Sequence record: NC_048170.1
Strand: one strand, 5' to 3'
Length of the DNA: 64,000 nucleotides
Each line of letters starts with the position of its first letter. Within the stretch, counting starts at the first letter, position 1. This document shows, piece after piece, positions 1-8,593 of the stretch. Position numbers and translations under genes: made by a program. A model generated the notes under the pieces. The model ran no database searches. It was given only the letters and a program-made list of their open reading frames with translations, and was not told the origin of the DNA.

Positions 1-4
1 TGCG

Positions 5-940
5 TTGCTGCTCGCACAGCTCCCTATGAGATACGACATCTCAGTACAAACTTACTACGACATGATTCTCGATCTTACCCCAGAATTGGGTAATCGTGTC
101 AAGTTGACAACATCAAGATACGCGGGTAAGTTATTCGACGGTGCTTTCTATCCGGGACTGCACGAAGCTATTATCGCAACCGGTGAAAGTCGTCTTATTT
201 CACGTGATGTTCTTGACAACTGGCGTAATTGGTCACCAGTTAGAATCGTGACGCACCCATACGCAAATCTTCGTTACATTCCTCTTCACCAAAAGCAGGT
301 TGAAGAAGGACGAGGTTTTGCGGTCATTATGGTTGATGTGCCTTTGTTAGCGCTACAGTATCGAATGTGGTCTTTGGTCATGGGTCATAACGTCGACGGT
401 AAATGGGTGGTTAAAGAACCGGTTACAAGCTTCCTTGCGAGTTTTCCGTTGGTTAACGCATTATACTCACACAACGATGTTGTTATACGCAATCGTTGTT
501 TGTGGGTATCACCGGCTAAGAATCCACTCAAATCACCAATTTACGTTAACGACCTTGATAACGTATTCAGCCAAGTCGTTCTGTCCGTACAGCATCATTT
601 ATTACGAAGAAGACGAAGCTACACCGATATGCTTAAACAGATACCGAGTTTATACGGGGATCAGTACCAAGCAACCCGAATGGGTTACACCGTCGATCTT
701 CGACAAACACGATGGGCAAGGGATCTGGGTTGTCTGTCATTATGGCAACAACTCGTCACATTGCAAAACGTATCTGAAAGCGTCGGGTTCAGCAGTCAAA
801 TCGATAACGACCTGTACCGTGCTGCTGACCGTAGTCTAAAAGAAGGTAACTGGGAGTCCTCTCCGTTACCTGGCGATTTAAGACGTGAAGTTATCGCACA
901 GGTTGCCGACCTCTTAAAAATTCTTCCCGCCGGTGCATAA
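5..940 (+). CDS. Conserved jumbo-phage protein, probably 5'-truncated by the window edge; sits where phiKZ-like phages have the gene between DNA polymerase and chimallin
   Basis: 311-aa ORF starting at a TTG at the window edge, converging on the DNA polymerase gene at a shared hairpin. Function not recognisable from motifs; placement is by recalled synteny. Confidence 0.65.
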   Translation: MLLAQLPMRYDISVQTYYDMILDLTPELGNRVKLTTSRYAGKLFDGAFYPGLHEAIIATGESRLISRDVLDNWRNWSPVRIVTHPYANLRYIPLHQKQVEEGRGFAVIMVDVPLLALQYRMWSLVMGHNVDGKWVVKEPVTSFLASFPLVNALYSHNDVVIRNRCLWVSPAKNPLKSPIYVNDLDNVFSQVVLSVQHHLLRRRRSYTDMLKQIPSLYGDQYQATRMGYTVDLRQTRWARDLGCLSLWQQLVTLQNVSESVGFSSQIDNDLYRAADRSLKEGNWESSPLPGDLRREVIAQVADLLKILPAGA

Positions 941-1006
941 TCACCCCCCTCTTCCCTTGCATCCTCCCAACCCGTAAGGGAAGGGAGGATGGGGTGGTGG
1001 GTTATG
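936..1006. terminator. Bidirectional hairpin between convergent genes, with TATG on each side
   Basis: ATCCTCCC-AA-CCC-GTAA-GGG-AA-GGGAGGAT at 961-990. TATG at 1003-1006 (+) and 939-936 (-). Confidence 0.75.
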
Positions 1007-3160
1007 TTATTCTGCGGTTTCTTGCTTCGGTAAATAACTTGCTGCAATGTCTTGGGCTAACAATGTATTGTTTTTATTCGAGATGAAAATACCGTAACTT
1101 TCCATTAACGCGTAATACGAACGAACGAGCGTAGAGATCAATCGACGAATATCCATACCTTGAATAAAGATATCAGGAAGCCCGGAGGCTTCGATCACCG
1201 GTAATGGTATCGTTAAGTTGCTTATCGTTTTCTTATCGTTACGTACAATCCAATCACGGAAACGTTGTTGTAACCCTTTATCCTCCCAGGAATCAATCCA
1301 ATCGTTAAGAAGCGTTTTGTTCTTCGTCGCCAACGGCACACGAACCCCAACATAGGGCGGTTCCTGGCAATGGCCGTACGATTGAGCAAACACCTCTTCC
1401 CACATATCGTAAGACTGTTTCGTTACCGCAACATGTGGCTTCACTTTAACACGTGTTAAGAAATCGGGATCACCTCGTTTCATGGACTCAACGATTTCGT
1501 TTTCTAACGAGATAATATCATCAAGAACCAATCGAATGCTGATCTTCTCGTTACGTAACAGCTTATCCATGATACCACACATCATGCGTTCAACACGTTT
1601 GACGATCATTTTTGGTGCTGACGCGTCACGCATAACCGGACCTTTCAATTCCAGCTTCGGTGGGTTGATAGGAACCCCCTCACGCATGGTCATGTAACCG
1701 TAATAGTTTTTACCCATCGAGGTTAACGACAGAATCAAGAACATATATTCGTTCTTCATTTCCATCACGTACATATGCTCTTTCGCTACACCGATATTAC
1801 CAGAACACATCGCCATCAGATGAACCGTAATCTGCGTAACCAGATAGATAAGCGTATTTGCTAAGCGCGTCGAAACTGGATTGATCTCCATATTTCCAAA
1901 TCGCCACTGCACCCACTCCTGGCAGGTAAACACCGTCGAGTCGGTATCAGACAACACACCCACTTCACGGATTGCTGATGGGAAAGCATAAACGCCAGCC
2001 GGTTGGTTCTCGGTACGCCAGAATGCCATAATCAAATCTGCGTAGCTTTGAATACGCTGTAGCATTAATTTTGTCGTCGCCGCAGTAAGACGATAACCAA
2101 GTTCATTTCCTTTTTCTAGCGCTACGTAAATCGCTTCCCCGTTCAAGAACTCCGTGCATTGTGCTGTAATCCAAGCGACCGTGTTGTTATCCATGGAAGC
2201 AATAATGGCTTTAGCCTCTTCCATCGTTTCAACAGGTTCGGATGCCAGCTCACATAACGAGTCAAGAAAATCTCGAACAAATTCAGGATTAAGCTCACGT
2301 AACGAGTACAGGTTATTGCTGTACATGTAGCAGGCACGTTCCAACGGTGTTAAACCGGTAATTAACTCCCGGATAGTCAGTTCTTTCTCTGGGTCGAAAG
2401 TATATCGATGCAAGCATTTCGATACGTTAGCCCAAACCTCTTCCGGCGTAGGGTAATGTAGTTTGTATTTTACCATTACCTGCTCAATGGCTTTGCGATC
2501 GCTGTTACGAACAATACTTACGATGTTTTCAATTGCGATATCACAATCGTAATAATGGAAATTGCCCGCAAGGAAGCGTTCGTTGTTCGCATTGGCTGAA
2601 CCTGAAGCACAGCGACATGTTGTCGTTAAACTTGGATGCGCGATCGGATTATAAAAAGGGTTAAACTTGGACGCCTGGGTTCCTGACAAACTGTTGTTGT
2701 CTAACTTGGTGTTGGTTTGTCGTTTATCGTGTAACTCAGCTTCGTCTTTACGTCCGTGTGCTTGCGCTATCGACATTTGTTTCTTTTGTTTCTTACGCAA
2801 CTTACCGTTTTCAACCGCGAAGTCGCTTAGCACACTGGAACGTGTTTCACGTGGATAACAGTTAGCCCATACCGGCGTGATAATTAAATTATTTTCTTTA
2901 ATATCATTGAAGTATTGGCTGAACTTGATGACTTCTTTTTCACGATTTCCTTCGGTACGCTGTGTTAATACAAGACAGTCGGGATCAACCATCCCGTATT
3001 TTCCACCGGGACGAACCGTATCAAGGACAAACTGCAACGCTTCCTGCTGTGATATCCCACGCATGCGCATTAAGAACAGGGTATAATCCTGTACCGCTTC
3101 TTTGGTCATATCCAACGTACGACCATATCCGTTTTCATCGTAAAAGAACGGATTTTCCAT
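1007..3160 (-). CDS. Family-B DNA polymerase, polymerase-domain subunit (phiKZ gp50-like, split enzyme)
   Basis: 717 aa. Motif B-like KRQTNTKLDNNSLSG, motif C VLSDTDSTVF, and LELKG. No exonuclease motifs or motif A seen. Confidence 0.9.
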   Translation of the reverse strand: MENPFFYDENGYGRTLDMTKEAVQDYTLFLMRMRGISQQEALQFVLDTVRPGGKYGMVDPDCLVLTQRTEGNREKEVIKFSQYFNDIKENNLIITPVWANCYPRETRSSVLSDFAVENGKLRKKQKKQMSIAQAHGRKDEAELHDKRQTNTKLDNNSLSGTQASKFNPFYNPIAHPSLTTTCRCASGSANANNERFLAGNFHYYDCDIAIENIVSIVRNSDRKAIEQVMVKYKLHYPTPEEVWANVSKCLHRYTFDPEKELTIRELITGLTPLERACYMYSNNLYSLRELNPEFVRDFLDSLCELASEPVETMEEAKAIIASMDNNTVAWITAQCTEFLNGEAIYVALEKGNELGYRLTAATTKLMLQRIQSYADLIMAFWRTENQPAGVYAFPSAIREVGVLSDTDSTVFTCQEWVQWRFGNMEINPVSTRLANTLIYLVTQITVHLMAMCSGNIGVAKEHMYVMEMKNEYMFLILSLTSMGKNYYGYMTMREGVPINPPKLELKGPVMRDASAPKMIVKRVERMMCGIMDKLLRNEKISIRLVLDDIISLENEIVESMKRGDPDFLTRVKVKPHVAVTKQSYDMWEEVFAQSYGHCQEPPYVGVRVPLATKNKTLLNDWIDSWEDKGLQQRFRDWIVRNDKKTISNLTIPLPVIEASGLPDIFIQGMDIRRLISTLVRSYYALMESYGIFISNKNNTLLAQDIAASYLPKQETAE

Positions 3161-3220
3161 AAATCCTCCAAAAGTTATTTAGTCTGTCTACATCATCTCG
3201 TATATCTGTTAAAAAAGAAG

Positions 3221-3263
3221 GACGGCATAAAAAAGAACCGATCCAGCCGAAGCCAGATCGGTT
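3221..3263 (-). terminator. UUCG-capped hairpin plus U-tract plus ATGCCGTC
   Basis: Minus strand AACCGATC-TG-GC-TTCG-GC-TG-GATCGGTT (3263-3236), then CTTTTTTTATGCCGTC. Confidence 0.75.
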
Positions 3264-3458
3264 AAAAAGGATAATAACTGACAGAAAGATATCGATGATG
3301 TTCGTGAAACAAGATCTTCTCTCGTGTACAATGATGCTAGATCAGAGGGAGGTTGTAACACGAGAGGTGGTTCGCCAAAGAAGGAATAAAAACACGAACC
3401 TATCTTATTTCACTGATGGCACTAACCACTCAAAATATATAGTACTGTATGTAAAAGT

Positions 3459-3872
3459 TTACTGATTAATCAAGTCGTTAGCAACAATCTTGGTGTAACC
3501 TGCCTGATTAAGAATCTGATTAATTTTCGTTACGTCGGTCGCATCCTCAATAACGATGCTGGGTTTATAGATCAGCGTCTTGGTAACGACGATTGTACTC
3601 TCCTTAATCCAAGGAATCCCTAGAATCACATACTCGCCATCGGCTGTAATGACCTCGACGTAATTGTATTTCGTCGGATCGTTCGGTACACTAGACGGGA
3701 GCCGGGAATAAATCTGTTGGTGAATGGCGTCTACATCACGGCCGTTGCGCACAGCCGTACGATAGTTGTACACGGCGCTAATTTCTACTCCGTTGAAGTT
3801 AACCCCAAGTTCTGGGGCGTATACATCAAAACTCACAACAGAGCCAATCTTTTCTAAATCAGAAGCTGGCAT
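3459..3872 (-). CDS. Hypothetical protein
   Basis: 137-aa ORF with AGGA SD (aaaggatgctattATG); protein-like composition. Confidence 0.75.
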   Translation of the reverse strand: MPASDLEKIGSVVSFDVYAPELGVNFNGVEISAVYNYRTAVRNGRDVDAIHQQIYSRLPSSVPNDPTKYNYVEVITADGEYVILGIPWIKESTIVVTKTLIYKPSIVIEDATDVTKINQILNQAGYTKIVANDLINQ

Positions 3873-3883
3873 AATAGCATCCT

Positions 3884-4405
3884 TTATTTAAAAATGTATT
3901 CGTATCCGAAGGTCGTCGCCGACCAGACCCGGATAGATGATAGTGTTCCGCCACGATAAAACGTTTTTGTGAATTCCATATCCTGGGCAACACGATAATA
4001 AACACGTCCGATAATACGCACGATAAGGTTTCGTGATAACGATCTCTCCTCGCAGTATTCATCGATAAAGTCATCGTCGATATCCGATAAGACAACATCC
4101 GCAATTTCTTGCAGTAGGTTCCTCATCAGCATCTGCCTTCCTTCGGTACCCCACCCAGACAAACAGTAATCGTCTTCTGCCTGACTATAGATGTCGTTAA
4201 CCGCCTGTTCGAGCAGTTGCTCAAGATAGTAGTCATCGCGTTTTATAACGTGGCGACGGCGCTCAGTGGCGTATTTTTCCATCCTGTGTTTCTCTTGTTC
4301 GGCGTATGTATTAACGACGCCACAGTCTTTTCTGGATCGTCCCACAATGCACGACGAAAACTGGATACTACCATAACGGTAGGATAGATTTGTACAACCT
4401 CCCAT
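3884..4405 (-). CDS. Hypothetical acidic helical protein (true start possibly ATG 4282)
   Basis: ORF track 173 aa. The N-terminal 41 codons overlap the upstream gene. Confidence 0.6.
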   Translation of the reverse strand: MGGCTNLSYRYGSIQFSSCIVGRSRKDCGVVNTYAEQEKHRMEKYATERRRHVIKRDDYYLEQLLEQAVNDIYSQAEDDYCLSGWGTEGRQMLMRNLLQEIADVVLSDIDDDFIDEYCEERSLSRNLIVRIIGRVYYRVAQDMEFTKTFYRGGTLSSIRVWSATTFGYEYIFK

Positions 4406-4731
4406 CCGTAACGATGTGCGTTAGTCGTACGTCCGACATTGAACAGACATAGCTGATTTAAGAAACAGAGCTGCATCTTCGTAAACAACACCATGTCTTC
4501 ACGTTTAACGTATCCGAGGATATACGCATTCTCGAACGCCTCGCGTGACAAGACGGGACGATTAAGATACCGCAACGACAGTACCAACAACGTTGTTATG
4601 CGCAACGGATCTTCTGGGTCATTCATGGTGCTCAGCTCTGCTTGTAACCAGTCAGGGATAGTAACCGTCAGACGATAGGTATCTGTTCCACGATCAACCA
4701 CATTCAATGTTGAAAAAGGCAACATATCCAT
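4243..4731 (-). CDS. Hypothetical protein
   Basis: 162 aa; aaggaattcATG start; co-directional cluster. Confidence 0.7.
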   Translation of the reverse strand: MDMLPFSTLNVVDRGTDTYRLTVTIPDWLQAELSTMNDPEDPLRITTLLVLSLRYLNRPVLSREAFENAYILGYVKREDMVLFTKMQLCFLNQLCLFNVGRTTNAHRYGWEVVQIYPTVMVVSSFRRALWDDPEKTVASLIHTPNKRNTGWKNTPLSAVATL

Positions 4732-5188
4732 GAATTCCTTCTAGCTCGAGGTTGTTCTCGCCGGTCTTCGGTAATAACCCACTGGCCGTTAACATCTGCG
4801 TCATCGAGTAGTCAAAGCACGGAAATATCAGGTTAACGGTTTCCTGGATCGCGTCAACATAACTATAAATGGCTTCATAATACTCACCGTCATGATCTAC
4901 GCTAACCAGTTCCTGACACAGTTCTTCGCTTATCATTTCATATACCGGTGGATACCACGATTGAAATGGTCGCTGCATACGTAACGACCAATACTCGTAC
5001 GTCGTATACTGAAGCACGTCATAAGCCGATACGTTAATGCGGTCGAAGAAAGCATACTTGTCCATATGCTGATACAACATCGCCAGCACGGTTTCCAAGC
5101 ACACCGATATCCGCACGCCGTCATCTTTCCCGTTAAGAAAATTAGGTTTCTGCCGATAACGCACAAATGCCGACGGCTTTGATTGCAT
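4694..5188 (-). CDS. Hypothetical protein
   Basis: ATG at 5188 overlaps the upstream stop (TAATG), suggesting translational coupling. The ORF track extends to 5269. Confidence 0.65.
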   Translation of the reverse strand: MQSKPSAFVRYRQKPNFLNGKDDGVRISVCLETVLAMLYQHMDKYAFFDRINVSAYDVLQYTTYEYWSLRMQRPFQSWYPPVYEMISEELCQELVSVDHDGEYYEAIYSYVDAIQETVNLIFPCFDYSMTQMLTASGLLPKTGENNLELEGIHGYVAFFNIECG

Positions 5189-5739
5189 TATTCCACCACC
5201 AACCATAACGTCATACTCGTATCTAACGTAAAATTGAAATGCCACCAATCTTCTACACGTGGAATCCACGTACGAAGGATTTGGTTAACTTCGCTTCGCA
5301 TCACCGATAAACGACAACGAAAATCGAACTTCTCATCATGACCGTAGTCTTCATGCATGAAAACTTCATCCAAAACGAACTCAAGTTGCATGTCGACATC
5401 ACGGCCAGAGATATTCCGTTTGTACAAATACAACTCAATCGTGTCGTAAAGCAACGTATGAATATCATAATTTCCGTTCGGTGAGAAATAAGGTAATCGC
5501 TCATCGAGCATCGAAAACAGATATTCACTGTAGTTTAATAACGGGATGATGTACCGACGCCCTGTCTGTGGTGTGCGAATATGTATCGAAACCTGACTTG
5601 GGCGCGGAATAACCGACGGCTTAGAATCGTCTCTCTGAAATTGCTCTAAAGATCGCAACAAAGGTGGCCGCATTGTAACTCTCCAACGCCCAATTGTAAG
5701 GCCCTTCCAACATGTGTTCCCATACGTGAATAAACTCAC
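5188..5739 (-). CDS. Hypothetical protein (start uncertain)
   Basis: 183-aa ORF; Y/D/E-rich helical composition like its neighbours. Confidence 0.65.
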   Translation of the reverse strand: MSLFTYGNTCWKGLTIGRWRVTMRPPLLRSLEQFQRDDSKPSVIPRPSQVSIHIRTPQTGRRYIIPLLNYSEYLFSMLDERLPYFSPNGNYDIHTLLYDTIELYLYKRNISGRDVDMQLEFVLDEVFMHEDYGHDEKFDFRCRLSVMRSEVNQILRTWIPRVEDWWHFNFTLDTSMTLWLVVE

Positions 5740-6250
5740 TACCGAAGACAGGCTCTAGTGCCATAGTGAGATTCGTAAGTTCTGACGCGGCCGCATGGTA
5801 AGCATCAACATGTCTTTCCATTGACGGATCGTCTTCATTGAAAATACGTTCTGTATCGCCAGCGCGCTCAATAAGTTCGGTAATGAGATCTGTCCATGTC
5901 TCGTGACACGTCATCATTTCCTGTTCTCGACTTAGTATGCCGATGTCTGCGTGGACGCTGGACTCGAACCGGTCTAAAAGGACCCGAAGAACGTGCACCT
6001 TGTCGATGTATTTCACCGTTATCCAGGAAAGCGGTTGCCACCGACTCAGCATCCATCCGGTACTCGGGAACCCCAAACTCATATAGTACGGGTTGCACCG
6101 GACCGAAGACGGAGCGACGTTGTTTAAATCGCTCCTTAAGGGCAAGGCCTTGTTTAATATAAACGGGTTCATTGGCGAGCTGTTCCGCTTTTCGTTTTGC
6201 GTGAGCCAATCGAAGTTCTTCCAATTGCCCAAGCCATTCAAATTGTTCAT
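5621..6250 (-). CDS. Hypothetical protein (start ATG 6250 or GTG 6016)
   Basis: 209 aa; AGGAG SD 7 nt before ATG 6250; overlaps 5868..6845 in another frame. Confidence 0.6.
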   Translation of the reverse strand: MNNLNGLGNWKNFDWLTQNEKRNSSPMNPFILNKALPLRSDLNNVAPSSVRCNPYYMSLGFPSTGWMLSRWQPLSWITVKYIDKVHVLRVLLDRFESSVHADIGILSREQEMMTCHETWTDLITELIERAGDTERIFNEDDPSMERHVDAYHAAASELTNLTMALEPVFGSEFIHVWEHMLEGPYNWALESYNAATFVAIFRAISERRF

Positions 6251-6845
6251 CTGTTAGCTCCTGGGGACGTTCAACAATCGCGCCAGATGGGCAGACATTG
6301 ATCGTGATGTTAATTGACGGCATCGCCATCACTCGAGGATTACTATTACGTACGCGGACAACGTGTTCGGTTGCTGATTTACGATCGACGCAATACTCTG
6401 TTTCTTGGAACTCAAATGCTTTTAACGGTGTTGGTTTTGTTTGACGTTTAGGAACGCGGCCAAGATCGACAATATAGGCATAATCGCACACACGTTCTAT
6501 TCCGTAAATACGGTTATCCGACCAGTTCTTACCAAACAGCTTGTTGTGATGATAAGACAAATATTCGGTTACCATACCCTGGACAACATCGAAGTCTTCT
6601 CGAAATTCAGGTTGGTACCAAATCGGGCCGAGAATATCTGCGAACGATTCATGACGATATCGAGGATCATGTCGAGTCCAGGTCATTCTCTGATTAAGAT
6701 CGAAATCCACCAACAACTCGGTTAATTGCAATTTTTCCTTCGGAGAAAGCTGGCGTTGATGATGCAAACTCAGGCAATCGATAAGCGGTAATGAAACCCA
6801 CGATGCTAATGTGTACAAATCGATCCTGGCTAATCTCTTGGTCAT
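5868..6845 (-). CDS. Hypothetical protein
   Basis: 325 aa; aggaaaagagtATG start; basic low-complexity C-terminus in the overlap region. Confidence 0.65.
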   Translation of the reverse strand: MTKRLARIDLYTLASWVSLPLIDCLSLHHQRQLSPKEKLQLTELLVDFDLNQRMTWTRHDPRYRHESFADILGPIWYQPEFREDFDVVQGMVTEYLSYHHNKLFGKNWSDNRIYGIERVCDYAYIVDLGRVPKRQTKPTPLKAFEFQETEYCVDRKSATEHVVRVRNSNPRVMAMPSINITINVCPSGAIVERPQELTDEQFEWLGQLEELRLAHAKRKAEQLANEPVYIKQGLALKERFKQRRSVFGPVQPVLYEFGVPEYRMDAESVATAFLDNGEIHRQGARSSGPFRPVRVQRPRRHRHTKSRTGNDDVSRDMDRSHYRTY

Positions 6846-6936
6846 ACTCTTTTCCTAAGTCCCCATTGTTTATACACACGATATCTGGGAATAGTTAAAA
6901 TATACGGCGTAAAACGAAGCAGGAGAGTTTCTGACG

Positions 6937-7257
6937 TCATTTTCTCCCTCTTCGAATACCACCGATACCTCTTTCGTCTAAGACGTCCCAAGCACGCTTT
7001 ATTTCATCCTCCGTTGCTCTGGTATCTGGAGGGACAACCATAACACAGTCGTGGAATGGCCAATGTGTAGGTCTGGGGTTAGCGAACAAATCATCCCATT
7101 CAAATGTCCATTCTTTCTTTGAGCGATTGTAGTAGAGCGTAAGGTACGTGTTGGTATACGCCGGATAACCACGCATAACTTCAATATCCTTACGATCTTG
7201 CCGTTCCTGATTCCAATCGTTAAACCGCTTTCTTATTTTCTCCCACCACTTTCCCAT
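6937..7257 (-). CDS. Hypothetical protein
   Basis: 106 aa; strong SD gtAGGAGaaagcATG. Confidence 0.8.
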   Translation of the reverse strand: MGKWWEKIRKRFNDWNQERQDRKDIEVMRGYPAYTNTYLTLYYNRSKKEWTFEWDDLFANPRPTHWPFHDCVMVVPPDTRATEDEIKRAWDVLDERGIGGIRRGRK

Positions 7258-7269
7258 GCTTTCTCCTAC

Positions 7270-7301
7270 ACGGCATAAAAGCCTGCCCCGAAGGACAGGC
7301 T
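7270..7301 (-). terminator. UUCG hairpin plus TTTTATGCCGT
   Basis: Minus strand GCCTG-T-CC-TTCG-GG-G-CAGGC (7300-7281), then TTTTATGCCGT. Confidence 0.75.
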
Positions 7302-7310
7302 CGATAGAAC

Positions 7311-7511
7311 TTAATAACCATCCAATTTCAATGAAGGATGGTTGACGATATGTGCGTGTTTTGCTGGGTCATATAGCTGATATGGAAAATAGCCATGCCA
7401 TTGACGGCCTTGGCATTTCGTACACAGGAACTGACCAACACCTTGTCGATTCTCGTAAGCGAGTTCGGTACTATCAACATGTCCGCAACGTTCGCAGATA
7501 AACAGCGACAT
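7311..7511 (-). CDS. Small zinc-ribbon protein
   Basis: 66 aa with two CxxC pairs (CERC, CTKC) followed by WHGYF. Confidence 0.7.
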   Translation of the reverse strand: MSLFICERCGHVDSTELAYENRQGVGQFLCTKCQGRQWHGYFPYQLYDPAKHAHIVNHPSLKLDGY

Positions 7512-7548
7512 AGCGCATCCCCATTCACTTGAACCTTTTGGTTCGGCA

Positions 7549-8529
7549 TTAGAAAAGCAAGAAACCGCTATTCTTCGCTTCCGCTACAGTTTCGTCACCA
7601 ACTTTCGGTGCTTGTTGACGTGCGTTACGATGTTCGATGTAACGTTTCGCTTCGTCAGCGATTTGTTTGATAATACCCCCTAAACGATCGGTACTTAAAA
7701 CAAACGACGTCGCTTCACGAATCGGGCTGCTTTCAGGCACAAAACCATCACAGCTATAAATAGCGCTAACACCCATGACTTTTGTCGCGTCTTTCGGATA
7801 AAGCGTACAGAAAGCAATCGGGCTATCGTTCTCTTTCGTCCATTCGTATCCCATGAACGTATTCAGTTCGGTGATCGTCGGTTCCAAACCGGTAACACGT
7901 GGATGGTTTAAGAAGTTTTCCAGGTCGGCGCTGTCAAGACGACGGTTCTCGCCAGAAAACAGAACACAAAGCTGGCTAATAACAACCTGCACGTCCAGGT
8001 TGACATCCTGCTCCGATTTCCCATTTTCGCCATTCATGTGATAGCTAACAATCACTGGACGTTTCAACCCTTCTGCAGCCGCCATCAGTCCTTTGAAGGT
8101 GCGATCGGCGTTGATCGTCTGGCGCTCATCATCGAACGAGGCAACGATACAACACACCACACGTTCACCGCGTTCCAGCAGGTTAGCAACCAACGCAGGA
8201 CCGGCAACAGAACCTGAACCACCGCTCAAACTAAAGACCACGATATTAAATTTACCTGGCGTATGCTTATTGAGAATACCTGGGATTTGTGAACAGATCA
8301 GTTCAGCGTTCTCATCACGCTTCTTACCAGAACCGTCTAACTCACGACCAGCTGCATCTTTAAAGATGTAAATATGATCGTCGCCCAGTGTGCTATCGCG
8401 TAGGTTAGCGCGGCTGGTATCAACATACGTCATGCTGTGTAATCCTTTCGCGACTTCGCCTTCAAATGCTGAGCCGATTTCGCCACCACAACCACCGACA
8501 GCCCAAATATGTACTTGGTTCTCTTGCAT
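7549..8529 (-). CDS. phuZ: Phage tubulin PhuZ
   Basis: 326 aa. T1 loop AVGGCGGEIG, T3 GSGKKRDEN, tubulin signature SLSGGSGSVAGP, DSADL T7-like loop, hydrophobic C-terminal tail SGFLLF. Confidence 0.93.
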   Translation of the reverse strand: MQENQVHIWAVGGCGGEIGSAFEGEVAKGLHSMTYVDTSRANLRDSTLGDDHIYIFKDAAGRELDGSGKKRDENAELICSQIPGILNKHTPGKFNIVVFSLSGGSGSVAGPALVANLLERGERVVCCIVASFDDERQTINADRTFKGLMAAAEGLKRPVIVSYHMNGENGKSEQDVNLDVQVVISQLCVLFSGENRRLDSADLENFLNHPRVTGLEPTITELNTFMGYEWTKENDSPIAFCTLYPKDATKVMGVSAIYSCDGFVPESSPIREATSFVLSTDRLGGIIKQIADEAKRYIEHRNARQQAPKVGDETVAEAKNSGFLLF

Positions 8530-8593
8530 GTGAACTCCTAATTTAATATGTATTTAACGCACAATGAATCTTTCTTTGCTAAAGGGGTGACCC

